From the NCBI GenBank assembly GCA_020137815.1, contig CM035350.1, forward strand, positions 8,556,001 to 8,620,000: 64,000 nucleotides of DNA. Reading direction: 5' to 3'. The first letter of the stretch is position 1; each line of letters opens with the position of its first letter. Both the position numbers and the translations under genes were made by a program. Source of the stretch: Hormiphora californensis (taxonomy: Eukaryota > Animalia > Ctenophora). The notes under the pieces were generated by a model. That model ran no database searches. It was not told where the DNA came from and saw only the letters and a list, made by a program, of their open reading frames with translations. Positions 34,112 to 45,553 of the stretch are shown here, piece after piece.

Positions 34112-34708
34112 ATGGAGTGCAAATTTTGTAAACAATCTTTCGAAAATTGGACGTCTTTGCTCCAACACGAAGAGCAGTGCACTATTAGTAGTACCGGTAG
34201 TACTAAAGAGGAGGTAACCAAACCACAGTCATCTAAATCACCGACTAAATTTGAAAGGCTATACAAAAACAAACTGAGGGATTGCCAGAGAATCAGCAAA
34301 GAAAGTCAGAAAAAGATCAAGATCTTAAACGATCAGTTAAAGGAGCTGAAAATTAATATTGATGACCCTAATTTTAATGCTTTTTCTAACCGTGTTGTAA
34401 ATAGTGAAACCGTGAAGGATTACTTCCGGATTTGTGAACTTGTGTCTGAAAGTCAAGTGGCTACGTTAAGCAAAAAGTTACTTACTTCATTCCAAAAACT
34501 GATTGTAGGCCTGAGTTATGGAGTTGTCCCAATAACGACACCACAGCGTATCCAGTTGACTAGTGAAGATCGAAATTTTATCGCCAAGATTGAAGATCTC
34601 TCACTCGCCAAGGTTAAGAATCTGGTCCTGAAAAATCGGAAATCTTTTATAAACATAATTAATATTTTACGAGAGAGTATTATATTTTTGAAAAGTGTCA
34701 TGAGCTAA
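34112..34708 (+). CDS. Polinton zinc-finger / coiled-coil protein
   Basis: N-terminal CKFC...F...L..HEEQC; TATAAAA near 34077. Confidence 0.7.
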   Translation: MECKFCKQSFENWTSLLQHEEQCTISSTGSTKEEVTKPQSSKSPTKFERLYKNKLRDCQRISKESQKKIKILNDQLKELKINIDDPNFNAFSNRVVNSETVKDYFRICELVSESQVATLSKKLLTSFQKLIVGLSYGVVPITTPQRIQLTSEDRNFIAKIEDLSLAKVKNLVLKNRKSFINIINILRESIIFLKSVMS

Positions 34709-34823
34709 AACAAAAGAGAATTTGTAAAAACAAGAAATGAGTGAATTTAAAAATACTGAACTCTGATTGGTCAGCATGTATACACATATAAAAAGGGGTT
34801 GACTTGTATACCTTTCATTCATA

Positions 34824-35222
34824 ATGTTGTTCCTGGAGAATGTTTGGCTTGGTGTCCTCTGCGACCGACTAGTCCAAAATGCAATGAAGATTTCTGAAAA
34901 AGAATGCCCTGGTCATAAGGAAAAGTTCAACTCCCCATTGCTACATCTATGTCGCCAACTTTCATTGTATGAGAAACTGGTAAAATACTTTGAACCAGCT
35001 AAAGGGAACTTGTTTAAAAAGTTGGAAAATGAATACACGTTGATTGAACATGTTGTACCCCATTCTGACAAACCCGAAGAGGACAAAAGGTATTACCTTG
35101 AGTTCGCAAGAAACTTTCTGCTGAGTGTGACTCCAGACGCTGTGTACTTTGGTAGATACATCTCTGAAGATAACGATCAAATAATTAGTTTGAAAAAGAC
35201 TAAAAAGCGTAAGAGTGCGTAA
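34824..35222 (+). CDS. Small Polinton protein with CxxH...HxC motif and basic NLS-like tail
   Basis: CPGH...LLHLC; KKTKKRK; TATAAAA near 34787 followed by TCATTC. Confidence 0.65.
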   Translation: MLFLENVWLGVLCDRLVQNAMKISEKECPGHKEKFNSPLLHLCRQLSLYEKLVKYFEPAKGNLFKKLENEYTLIEHVVPHSDKPEEDKRYYLEFARNFLLSVTPDAVYFGRYISEDNDQIISLKKTKKRKSA

Positions 35223-35470
35223 GAGTGTCAAGAAAAATAAAACAAAGTGATTTTGTAAAAATAAGTGATTTTTTTAAAAAAATAAAATATCTCGTTTTAA
35301 TTGTCTTACACTGTACACACTGTGTCCATGAAGCCTGGGCACAGTATCAATCACATGCATGAAGCCTGACAGTGATCTGTACTTAATGGTCATAAAAATT
35401 GTACAAACTGTGTGCATGAAGCCTGACCACAGTATCAATCACATGCATGAAGCCTGACAGTGATCTGTAC

Positions 35471-38400
35471 TTATCTAAGCTTGTAATGACCATAACTTAA
35501 CATATCTACACCATTGTTCAAGATATACTTCTTGTCATCAAAAGCAGATAATGCTCTCTTACATACATTCACAGTAAAAATATTGTTTTTCACTGTTCGT
35601 ATAGCTCTACTCGTGGCTAGGGAAGTACCACTCTCTTGAAGAATTGTCCTATAGTTCTCGTGAGTAATGTGCTTCTTTGCAGTACGTGATACACCCTTGG
35701 CCTTTGCTGTATGACCACATTCTGGACCAGTCAGCTTCTTTGTTAGGATCGAGTACATCTTTGGCTTCAGGGCAATCACTTCTCTGATAATCTCAGTAGG
35801 AAGCTCATCAGAAAACTTTCCTGGGACCTTTTTGTTCTCCATGTTTCGGAACTGTGACAGAGGAGTTCCTTCTTTGTACCCAGAGAGATCCATCAGATCC
35901 TTCATGTTGAAAAGGTCTTGATAGCTGTCCTCTGTTTGAACGGAATAGACGAAGGAGTCTGTAGTCGCTGAAGAGGAGCTTGATTTTGTCACCGTATCGG
36001 GGCTTTAGAACTTCGTACCAAAACTGGTACATAATGTGCTTGGCGTTTTCTAGCACCATGAAACCACAAAAAATGGGTTTGTTGAGCATAATTCTAGCCT
36101 TCGAGCACTGGACTAAGGTGATGTCTTTATCCAAGATATGGGCTCCCATATACTGCGGCTTTGATGTTAGCTTTAGCGCCGCTTTCTCAGTGGTAACTAC
36201 CTTGACATCAGTTCGCTTTCTTACTGACTCGATGAATTTTCCATAGACAGAGTTGTTGCAAAGCTTCCAAAAGTCTTTTGAGAAGTCATCAGTTGCTTCC
36301 TGCCGTTTTGCTGAGTTGAAGTTGATGTAAGGACTCATGAAATCCTCTTGGTCAGCAGTCAGAACTCTGTGGATCTTTGTCAACACAAGCCCGTGTTTCA
36401 AGAACAGCTGCAGATTTTTCAGAGAGCATGTGTATCTTTCTTTGGCGTATAGATCAGGAATAAGCTTTCGAGAGGAAGAAAACACCTCCCCGTGCTGCTC
36501 CAAGAACTGTTTGTTGTACTCCGAGAGCAGTGCTTCTTCTACCATTTTCCCTTCGACAGCTAGAGGATAGTCTGTGTGACTGTCGTGAAGGTGATCGGGA
36601 TAATCCAGGTCGACTTCAAAGATGTAGCACTTGTCTCCTTCCGGATCCAGCTTTTGGACATCTAGAGAGTCGATTTCTTCCTGGGATAGCCATTTGAAGT
36701 TCTTGGTTGGCATCTTGTTCTTCATGCTCGCACCATAAAGATTGTTGGCATCAATGTAGTTGATGAATGAAATGGGATCCTCCGGGTTGAAATCATCCAA
36801 GTATTTGTTGTTTGCCTTGGAATGTCGATGATTTACCGTGGTGACGCCTCCTCGAAGCGCTTTCTCGATGAAGGTGTACATCTCAATGTCTGTCAGGACC
36901 TCAAGTTTCACTTTTGTCATCCTCAGCATGGCATCCCAAGCAAAGGCCGGGAGACTGACATAGTGACAGGGATCAAGACCATGAGCCTCCAAACAGAGCG
37001 ACCGGAAGTTCTCGAAAACATCGCAGAGCTGTAGAGTGTCAGTCAGCACGTACAAGTGCATATAGTCACGTAGATTTTTACAACCCATGACTTTGTAGAC
37101 ATTTTGGGCTCGCTGATAATCCTTTTCAGAAATGTGGGACTCTGACAATTGACTGTAAAATGCTTCTTTGGGCGGAAGGTTCTTTTCTTCAAAGACACTG
37201 AACGAGGTGGCGTAGTCGTAAAAGAACACACCTTTTTCAGCTAAAAGTTCACACTTCTCAGGGAACTGTTTCTTTAGGCTAGGAAATTTGTCTATTCCTG
37301 ACTTCTTCAAGTTGCTTGTCAGGCGATCAAGAGAAGTGGACAAGAAAGCGAAGCTATCCAGAAACGTGAACTTGTCTGTGAATACGGCTTTGATTTTTTC
37401 TAAGTTCTCTGGAATTAAGCTGATAGGAGGTATGTTTGGTGACTCCAGATCAGCATCACGTTCATCATCTTCTTGGCAAAATCTGACCAAATCTCGCAAG
37501 AAGAGATTCAGGTCATACCCCTTCATATTGTGGGCGAATGCAGGGACTTTCTTTGTCCGGTTGAAAAAGTTAAGATTGCACTTGTTGCAGGCAGCACCTC
37601 GGAAATTGTTTGTCTTTTTCGAGTGGTCATGATCTCTCACAGGATAGTTTGACTTCGACTTCCAATCAAGATCTTTGTGACATATGTGGCATGATAATGA
37701 TGCCTGGAACTCTAGCTCGTCATCATCTGTCATATCGATGGGATGCTGGTTCTTCTTATAGCATTTCATCATGCTGTCGTGGATTCTTGACAGCTCTGTT
37801 ATGAATGTCTTAGACACCACGACAGGGTCTAGGTGACTGAAGACGACTGGTTCCTCCTTGAAATCTTTGAACTCTGACACTGCCACAATGGCAAACCCAC
37901 AGGGAATATGTTTTTGCACGAGTGTCGTCGATGAAGACTCTGGCATGCATGTCCTGTAGGGCATAGTGAGGCACTCAAAGTCGTAGTAAATTCTAAAGAG
38001 CTTTTTGTCTTGCTTGTGTTCTGCATCAAACTCGATGTATCCAGGCTTGGGCATGACTGGAATCTGGTTAATCCCCTGCATGCAGAAGACGGAATGTTGC
38101 TCCTGCTTGTCTTGAGCTACAAAACCATGAAGGCATTTCCTGCAGTAGAACATTGAGTTTTGATATTTTGTTCTATGTCGCATAAAGGCGTTGAAGTCTT
38201 TTATCAGCATAAAATGAGAGGTGTTGTTATCTTCGATATAAAGTAGATCTATTTGTTCGCCAACACCAGTGCCATGCTTCAGTGGGATGACATATTCTTG
38301 CCCAAACTCGCCTTCACACCACTGGAAGATCGATATAGAGAGCTCATTCAAGCGCTCAACTTTGGGAATATCATTCAGTTGCACAGGAAACTTGACTCCT

Positions 38401-39236
38401 CCCATGTTAAAGTTTCTGGTGTTTCCATTTTTGTCCACATGATTCCCTTTTTCATATTTTTTGTAGGAGCTATGTCTTTCAGAATGATCTTTTACTGGAA
38501 AGAGATGGGCTAGTATGCAGTAGAGGAAGCATCGGTTATCGTTGGACTTTATATTTAGTGTTGATTTCTTGTCGCTTAGTTTCTTTGAAATGGCGACAAA
38601 TCCGGAGCCTTCCAGTGGGGAATATTTGGCAATCTCAAGTTTAGAACATTTGTGTTGATCAAAATTCCATCCACTGCCATGTCGCTCATAGACTTCAACA
38701 CTGTGCCGGAGGATTATTCTAGCTCGTCTGAAAAAATAATCCATATTATCACCTACAAGAAGAGGCTCACACTGGGAACGAAAGACTTTTTCTGCTTCTT
38801 TTCTTTGTCCATCAGATTCTTTGTAAAAGGAAAGGCTTACTGTCAGTTGACACTTTACTGGGTGTCTCTGTACTGCAGCCTCCATAATCGGGCGAGCAGT
38901 GGAACAAACTTTTTCAAAGATTGAGTCATAGTCGTCCGAGCTTGTAAAGCGAAGATCATAAGAGTTGAAGAATCCGTTAACAGAGGAGCAATCTGACCTA
39001 TCCATGTGCTCATGGACACCAGAGACGCGGTTGCAGAGTGACTCGTCTAGATGGGCATGACATAGGACTCGATGGTTGAAAAATCGATCTTCTCTCACGT
39101 TCCTTTTGCATGTAGGACACTCAATCTTAGTGTTATGAGTAAGCAAATGTCTATTAAGGTTCCTTGAAAGTACATACTTTTGGCAGTGTATACATTTAAC
39201 TTTGTTCTTCTGATGTCTTGACTTGGACTTATTCAT
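35471..39236 (-). CDS. Protein-primed family B DNA polymerase (pPolB), split by one +1 indel at ~35963
   Basis: Exonuclease YYDFEC, HNMKGYD, DSFAF; polymerase YIDANNLYG, KLCNNSVYGK, (S)DTDS after removing 1 nt, KMYS, KAKGV; N-terminal zinc fingers and EndoVII-like CHIC...RDHDH...CNKCN. Joins ORFs 35808-39236 and 35471-35992. Confidence 0.97.
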
Positions 39237-39469
39237 TGCTTAATCCCTTGTTTAATTCCTTGTTTAATCCCTTGTTTAATTCCTTGTTTGATTCTTTGCT
39301 TGATTCCTTGTTTGATCCTTTGTTTGATTCCTTGCTTAATTTCTTGTTGAATGAGCAGTGCAGACATCAGGCACTAGCTTTTATAGCTCACAGTAACGCG
39401 TGACATTTTGTAAATATAACGCGTTACTTATGACGTCATGATAAAAATTGAGCAAACTTTTAGTATATA

Positions 39470-39642
39470 CAGTCGGACCTTGATTTACCAGGCTCCGATT
39501 TACCGGAACCCCGATTTACCGGAAGGATAATCTTCCCCCCGAAGTAGGAAATTAACAGTATTTGACCCCGATATACCGGGCACCCCGATTTACTGGGCAA
39601 AACGCTTTCCCCCGAGCATCACGGTAAATCGGGGTCCGACTG
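39470..39642. mobile_element. Tc1/pogo-type MITE inside the Polinton
   Basis: TA|CAGTCGGACC...GGTCCGACTG|TA. Confidence 0.9.
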
Positions 39643-40400
39643 TATTTGTAAACAAAAAATGACCCTAACTCCCGAGAGTTGCGCGGCATCGGTAAGGTGG
39701 GGATAAGGTAACGCTTTTCAATAAGTTGGTTTGGCCAAAGCTACACTGTTGTCCCTCCTAACGAAAGCGGAGTTGAAAACGCGCACTACGGGAATGCAGT
39801 TGGCATATGCTACATGCCCTAGGCGGAGTTGAAAACGCGCGCACTAGGGGACTGTAGCGTATGCCAAGGAGGCCAGCGTTAAAATCTGGGTGTTTCGTGA
39901 GTGCTGACAAACGGTTTTTTAGGGTTAGGGCTAAAGTAGGGTTAGGGTTAGGGTTGGGGTTCGGGTTGGGGTTAGGCCTTGACATTCCCTACCAGATAAA
40001 CTTTGAATTAGCCAAAACGGTTGAGTGGTTCGGCGGTTAGAGCCGTTTTAGTGAATCAACTTTTTTTGGCAGCGCACACCTGTAAACAGGCCACCAAACA
40101 CCCAGATCGTAACGGCGCCCTGCCAAGGACTACAGCGCATACCAATATATTATATGTTTGTAAAAGGAAAAAAATGGAATAAAAATTCGCGCGGCTTTTT
40201 TCCATTTTGCAGCCTCGCTTTGCAAAACAAATCTCGCGCGTTACATAATATTGCGCTGTAGAATTTTATAGCGCGCGCTATAAAACAAAAATTATTTCTT
40301 GAAAGTCCATACCAGCAAAATCGAGTGCAGTTGCAAATATCACGTGTGTACTCTCACTTCTCTCTGTCACTTCTCAATCTCAATAGTCAGCTCTGTCGAC

Positions 40401-41128
40401 ATGTTTTGCTCCACCAAAGTCTTTGTGTTCGTGATAATCATGCTGCATCCGTTTATCATCGCTTCAAAACAGGAGGTATGTATCGACAAGATCTGATTAT
40501 TCAAAATAGCTTGAACACTATTATAATCTGGTTGCCTTGCTGTCTTCTGTGCTCTATAATTAGACCAAACGACTACTACCATGCACCCAAATGACCAATT
40601 TGAGTATACTAAACATCATCTGATAGACATACATATTTTCAGTGCTGTATCAAGGATTATGATGCGGACAGGAGCGAAATAGACTATTTGATGCCAGATT
40701 TTTGTTCCAAATCCATGCGAATCAATGGAATAACTGGGTGGATCGAAATTACACCGTGTGGTGAGTAATTCCTATTTTTCCTATAAAATCTCTCCCATCT
40801 CTGCTAAATTACTAATTCATTATCGACATATTCAAACTTTCAACCTGTTTCTATCAAAGTCCTCTCTTCAGATCCTGAAGTGGAAACTTTGAAGCCCGAC
40901 CCAGAGCCTGAACTCAGAGCGGCTAGCGACATACCTCCAACTATGATAGCATGGGAAACAGAAGCTACCACTAACCAACCTCCGGAAAGAAAAAACAGAT
41001 TTAATGCTATACCTCTTGCAGTAGGGATAGGAATCAATCTTGTGTTGGTAATTGTCTTCGTGATTGGGGTGATAGTATATCTCAAAAAGAGAAAGGTCAC
41101 TCATGTCTACGAAGAAATCGATGTGTGA
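40401..41128 (+). CDS. Spliced Polinton gene: type I membrane protein, 149 aa (exons 40401-40475, 40643-40760, 40872-41128)
   Basis: Donors GTATGT and GTGAGT, TTTCAG/CTTCAG acceptors, phases 0 and 1 consistent; signal peptide, 4-Cys ectodomain, P/T/E stalk, TM, tail KKRKVTHVYEEIDV. Confidence 0.8.
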
Positions 41129-41694
41129 AGATAATAGTTTGAAGTTACGGATGTGAACTTGTTGTTTTTACATTGTGAGAGGGCTTGAAAGAGGTGAACT
41201 TATTGTTTTTTACATTTTCTGGGGGAACAGAGATGGCTCAACTGACGCCGAGGTGAACTCATATCTTGTTGTTTTTACACATTTTTTTGTGAATTTGTTT
41301 TTAAAATTATCATTTATTCCGTTATATAAGCATTATTCAATTTTTGTACTTTTAAAAGGAGAGATTTCATGAAACTCAAATAAATTAAAAAAATCCCCCC
41401 TCTATTGTTCACACAATAGGGTAATGCCTAGCTATTTGGAATGGCGATTCATTTGAAACGCCCCCTCTGCAGCCTAGCAGGTACAACAGGTTCGCATTTT
41501 TAGATATTAGTGGGTTTTGTTTGGGAGCTGACCCAGTACCCACTAATGTCAAGAAATCCAAATATGCTGTACTTGCTAGCCTGTAGCATGTAGAGGGTGT
41601 TTTAAATTATCCAAATAGAAATTCATTACGCTACAATATTCAATTGTCAAATTCTCTCCAGTCTCCATCTTGTCCATCCGTCTTGTTATACTTT

Positions 41695-42318
41695 TCAAAA
41701 CCCTATCTCGTAGAGGAACTGTCCTGTTCGGTCATCGTAGGTCAATAGCAACTGTTTAGCAATGTAGCTTGAACTACCATCGCAGTCAAATATCTAGGAA
41801 AATTGAGATGAGTATATTTTTGATATATGCAAGATAAGTATGGGGTGAGGACTCCTAACTGGAGGGGTGGGGCTGGGGTAGTGATGGAGTATGTTAGGAG
41901 GTTGAGGAAGATTTGAGCATATTAGGGACCATAAAAGTGTTTAGGGGTTATTCAATTAGGATATCCAGATTTTTCAAATTTCCCACTGTCAAATCCACCT
42001 CTGATGAGACTTTAAATTAGTTTTTTTTTTTGGTAGACCCCTGATCTACAAACAAAAACTAATTTAAAGTCTCATCAGGAATGGAGTTATGATCGTGGGA
42101 AATTTGAAAAATCTGGACGTCCTATTTGACGTCCTATTTGAAAGATCCCTTACCTGTAAAGCAAGTCTAGCTGCTTCGCATCCAGTCAAGCACATGATAT
42201 TTCCTGTTGGTACAATCAGCGTTGGTATGGAGACACCACCACAAATTGTCTCCACTATTACACCATGCTCCCACAGTCTGAAAACTTCCTCCATTGATAG
42301 TTGACATGAACAGAACAT
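41695..42318 (-). CDS. Spliced Polinton gene, 87 aa, unknown (exons 42318-42154, 41793-41695)
   Basis: CAG|GTAAGG donor, TTCCTAG acceptor, phase 0, open to TGA. Confidence 0.6.
41957..42124. mobile_element. Palindromic MITE inside the intron of the 87-aa gene
   Basis: TAGGATATCCAGATTTTTCAAATTTCCCAC / GTGGGAAATTTGAAAAATCTGGACGTCCTA; inner CTGATGAGACTTTAAATT / AATTTAAAGTCTCATCAG. Confidence 0.7.
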
Positions 42319-42373
42319 CTATCGAGTACGGAGTAGGGTTAGTTAGCGGTAGTTGGGAAGGGGGAGGTAGTTA

Positions 42374-42531
42374 CAGTCGGACCCCGATTTAGGGACACCC
42401 TCGGGGGAAAGGCTCTTGTCCACTAAATCGGGGTGTCCACTAAATCGGGGTCAAATAAGGTCAATTTCCTATATCGGGGGAAAAAAAATCCTGTCCCTAA
42501 ATCGGGGTACCACTAAATCGGGGTCCGACTG
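42374..42531. mobile_element. Tc1/pogo-type MITE
   Basis: TA|CAGTCGGACCCCGATTTAG...TAAATCGGGGTCCGACTG|TA. Confidence 0.92.
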
Positions 42532-42709
42532 TATAGGGAGTAAGTAGGGAGAGCTATAAGACTAGTAATTAACGGTTGACGCGCAAAACAAAGTAGGTAT
42601 TTTCAGCACTTGGGCGCGCGCCTTGTACATTTAATCGTATACAAAAAATGTATATTCTAGTTTTACTAGTTTTTTCTCAAACGGACTGGATGGATTGCAT
42701 AGTCATGTA

Positions 42710-42879
42710 CAGTCGGACCCCGATTTAGGGACACCCTCGGGGGAAAGGCTCTTTTCCACTAAATCGGGGTGTCCACTAAATCGGGGTCAAATAAGGTCAA
42801 TTTCCTATATCGGGGGAAAAATCCTGTCCCTAAATCGGGGTGCCACTAAATCGGGGGCCCCTAAATCGGGGTCCGACTG
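42710..42879. mobile_element. Tc1/pogo-type MITE, near-identical to 42374-42531
   Basis: Same TIRs and TA TSD. Confidence 0.92.
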
Positions 42880-43029
42880 TAGTAACAAGTCAACATTTTA
42901 AAAGGATAAATAGTGGCATTTAAAATATGTTAAACACAATAATCAAGAGAGAAACACGGATAATATAATGACACGCTCTATATCTACATGAACACATAAT
43001 CAAATTGTTTTTCTTTGCCTGGTCACATC

Positions 43030-43751
43030 TTAAAAAACAGTTCCCGGTGGGGAAACATCGTCCTGAAAACACTTGGCGCCCCAATAATTCTTAAGAATCA
43101 ACTTGATTTTATCAAGGGCACAGTATCTTGCTGAATGACGGAGAATACACCCCGAATATCCAGTCGAGCTGACTGAGCCCATCGTGTCTAACAGATCGAT
43201 GATCTGTGCATCTCCTGGTAGGGCGGCCGTGAGGAATATTTTCGATACACTCCCATATGTCCAGAAAATCTTCTCGGTCTCATATAATTCTCGTAGGGCA
43301 CTGTAGAAACCAGCTGAAAGTCATATTTTTAGATATCTGTTTCATGTACCATAATAAATTCAGCAAACGTCAAGAAAATTGAATGTAGTGAGATGCTTTG
43401 ATTTACCTTCTGTGTATGCACCATGGTATCCCCTGGGGTCAGCGACGCCCAAAGTTCGTATACAATATCTGAAGGTCGAGTTCCGTGGCAGGAACTCTGG
43501 TTCCACATACCCATGGAAAATTTTTGCTCTTTCGACCCTGTCTCTCGTAGCGGAGAATGCAAATTCGGTTACCACTAATCCTGAAAATATGGGAATATAT
43601 GAAACTCTGACAGGGAAGGGAGGGGGTCTGGTATATTCGGACTGGCCTGGACAGGGAGGGAGGAGGTAAAAACAACCAAAAAAACACCTGATTTATAGTT
43701 TATCCCATCAAGCACAACAAGATTCCCTCGGGGTAGTATGCAGTTGGGCAT
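43030..43751 (-). CDS. Spliced Polinton gene: MAEL/DEDD-fold ECHC-like protein A, 173 aa (exons 43751-43688, 43580-43407, 43313-43030)
   Basis: Two phase-1 GT-AG introns give one ORF: LVVLDGINYKSGLVVTEFAF...FHGYVEP...WTYGS...IIDL...CILRHSARYCALDK. Confidence 0.75.
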
Positions 43752-43838
43752 TGTAGAGGACTAGGTAAGTAGTAACCAAGTAACAAGTTGGAAAGTAGTT
43801 GTTTGAGTTATTTCAAGTTGGGAAGTGAAAATTTTCTT

Positions 43839-44680
43839 GTCGTTTTATAGTCTTCAGTCTGGTATCACGTGATCAGTCCTGACCTAACACCACGCTGTGA
43901 TCTAACACCATGCTGTGATCTAACACCACGCTGTGATCTAACACCACGCCTGATCTAACACCACGCTGTGATCTAACACCACGCTGTGATCTAACACCAC
44001 GCTGTGATCTAACACCACGCTGTGATCTAACACCAGTCGTTTTATAGTCTTCAGTCTGGTATCACGTGATCAGTCCTGACCTAACACCACGCTGTGATCT
44101 AACACCATGCTGTGATCTAACACCACGCTGTGATCTAACACCACGCCTGATCTAACACCACGCCTGATCTAACACCACGCTGTGATCTAACACCAGTCGT
44201 TTTATAGTCTTCAGTCTGGTATCACGTGATCAGTCCTGACCTAACACCACGCTGTGATCTAACACCATGCTGTGATCTAACACCACGCTGTGATCTAACA
44301 CCACGCCTGATCTAACACCACGCCTGATCTAACACCACGCTGTGATCTAACACCACGCTGTGATCTAACACCACGCTGTGATCTAACACCACGCCTGATC
44401 TAACACCACGCTGTGATCTAACACCACGCTGTGATCTAACACCACGCTGTGATCTAACACCACGCTGTGATCTAACACCACGCCTGACCTAACACCACGT
44501 TGTGTTCTAACACCACGCCTGACCTAACACCATGCTGTAATCTAACACCACGCCTGATATAACACCTCGCTGTGATCTAACACCACGTCTGATCTAACAT
44601 GACGTAACGTGATCTAACACCTCGCTGTGATCTAACATGACGTAACGTGATCTAACACCTCGCTGTGATCTAACATGACG
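43839..44680. repeat. 18/16-bp tandem array (CTAACACCACGCTGTGAT) with three higher-order units each containing a TATA box
   Basis: Roughly 40 monomers; header GTCGTTTTATAGTCTTCAGTCTGGTATCACGTGATCAGTCCTGAC at 43839, 44036 and 44196. Confidence 0.95.
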
Positions 44681-44810
44681 TGACGTGATAGGTGAAAGAG
44701 CGTGAATCACGCAATTTATTAGTATAAATAATCTAGGTCTCAGCGGGAACTTCACTTCGACAGTCAGCAAGAAACAAGAATATCCGAAAGAACAAGACAC
44801 AACAAGAATA

Positions 44811-45401
44811 ATGGCTGAGATTCCTAGTTCATCTCAAGACGTATGCGATTCGACCAGAGACCGTTTTGCTACTGTGATTTCAGTGATAAAATCGGATGAA
44901 TGGGACTGTCTAATTCTACTCATGCAGACCCAAAATGGGTTTTGGCAAGATATATGGATCACTAGACTTTTTAATGGACACCCCTTGTTTGATAATATTA
45001 AAAAAGGAAGAAAAGTTTATACAGAGGGCCTGAGATTCTCAAACACTTTCTTTAAGCTTTTAAAAATAGAAATAGTCGATTTTGAGAGTTGTTCTGTGTG
45101 TGGTAATTACTACCAAGGGGAATGCTTGCGATGTTGTGATGTCTCTAAAGACCCAGACGTTAGGAAGATAGATGGAGCTTGGGTTTTGAAACGTGTTACC
45201 AAAACCCCCCGTCATCAAACTTTTCTTTTTAAGAAACAAGTGACCCCAAACAATATTCCTGACGTGTTAGGAGTCGCAGTGTTTTCTGCCCAATACAAGT
45301 TTCTAAAGGAACCGGAAACTGGGCGTTGTTACTTTCTTGAAGGTTGGCAAGACAGGAAAACCAGAAAGAACAGTATTGTAATGTCGTGTCTATTAAAGTA
45401 A
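44811..45401 (+). CDS. Polinton 196-aa protein with central CxxC...CxxC zinc ribbon between two beta-rich halves
   Basis: ATG ORF after TATAAAT (~44723); CSVC...CLRC. Confidence 0.7.
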   Translation: MAEIPSSSQDVCDSTRDRFATVISVIKSDEWDCLILLMQTQNGFWQDIWITRLFNGHPLFDNIKKGRKVYTEGLRFSNTFFKLLKIEIVDFESCSVCGNYYQGECLRCCDVSKDPDVRKIDGAWVLKRVTKTPRHQTFLFKKQVTPNNIPDVLGVAVFSAQYKFLKEPETGRCYFLEGWQDRKTRKNSIVMSCLLK

Positions 45402-45553
45402 TCATGCTAATATTGGAATATTAATTATTAATGTAATAATATTATAATTTGAAACTGTTTAATTTAAGTATGTAGTATGTGAATGTCTGACTCCACCTTC
45501 CACGCTCCCTCCCTCATGATTCAATTACATTTTCCCGTATATAGGCTTTGAAG

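Noticed and set aside
35955-35975. Programmed ribosomal frameshift in pPolB
   Set aside because: No slippery heptamer, and the break falls inside the catalytic motif; an indel is simpler.
39919-39976. True telomere or telomere-addition site
   Set aside because: Short, degenerate and internal to an element with intact TIRs.
42001-42080. Hammerhead ribozyme at CTGATGAG
   Set aside because: No correctly placed GAAA box; the motif is one arm of a palindromic MITE. CTGATGA near 3970 also lacks the partner box.
43839-44680. CRISPR-like array
   Set aside because: Monomers are contiguous with no unique spacers, there are no cas-like genes, and the context is eukaryotic.
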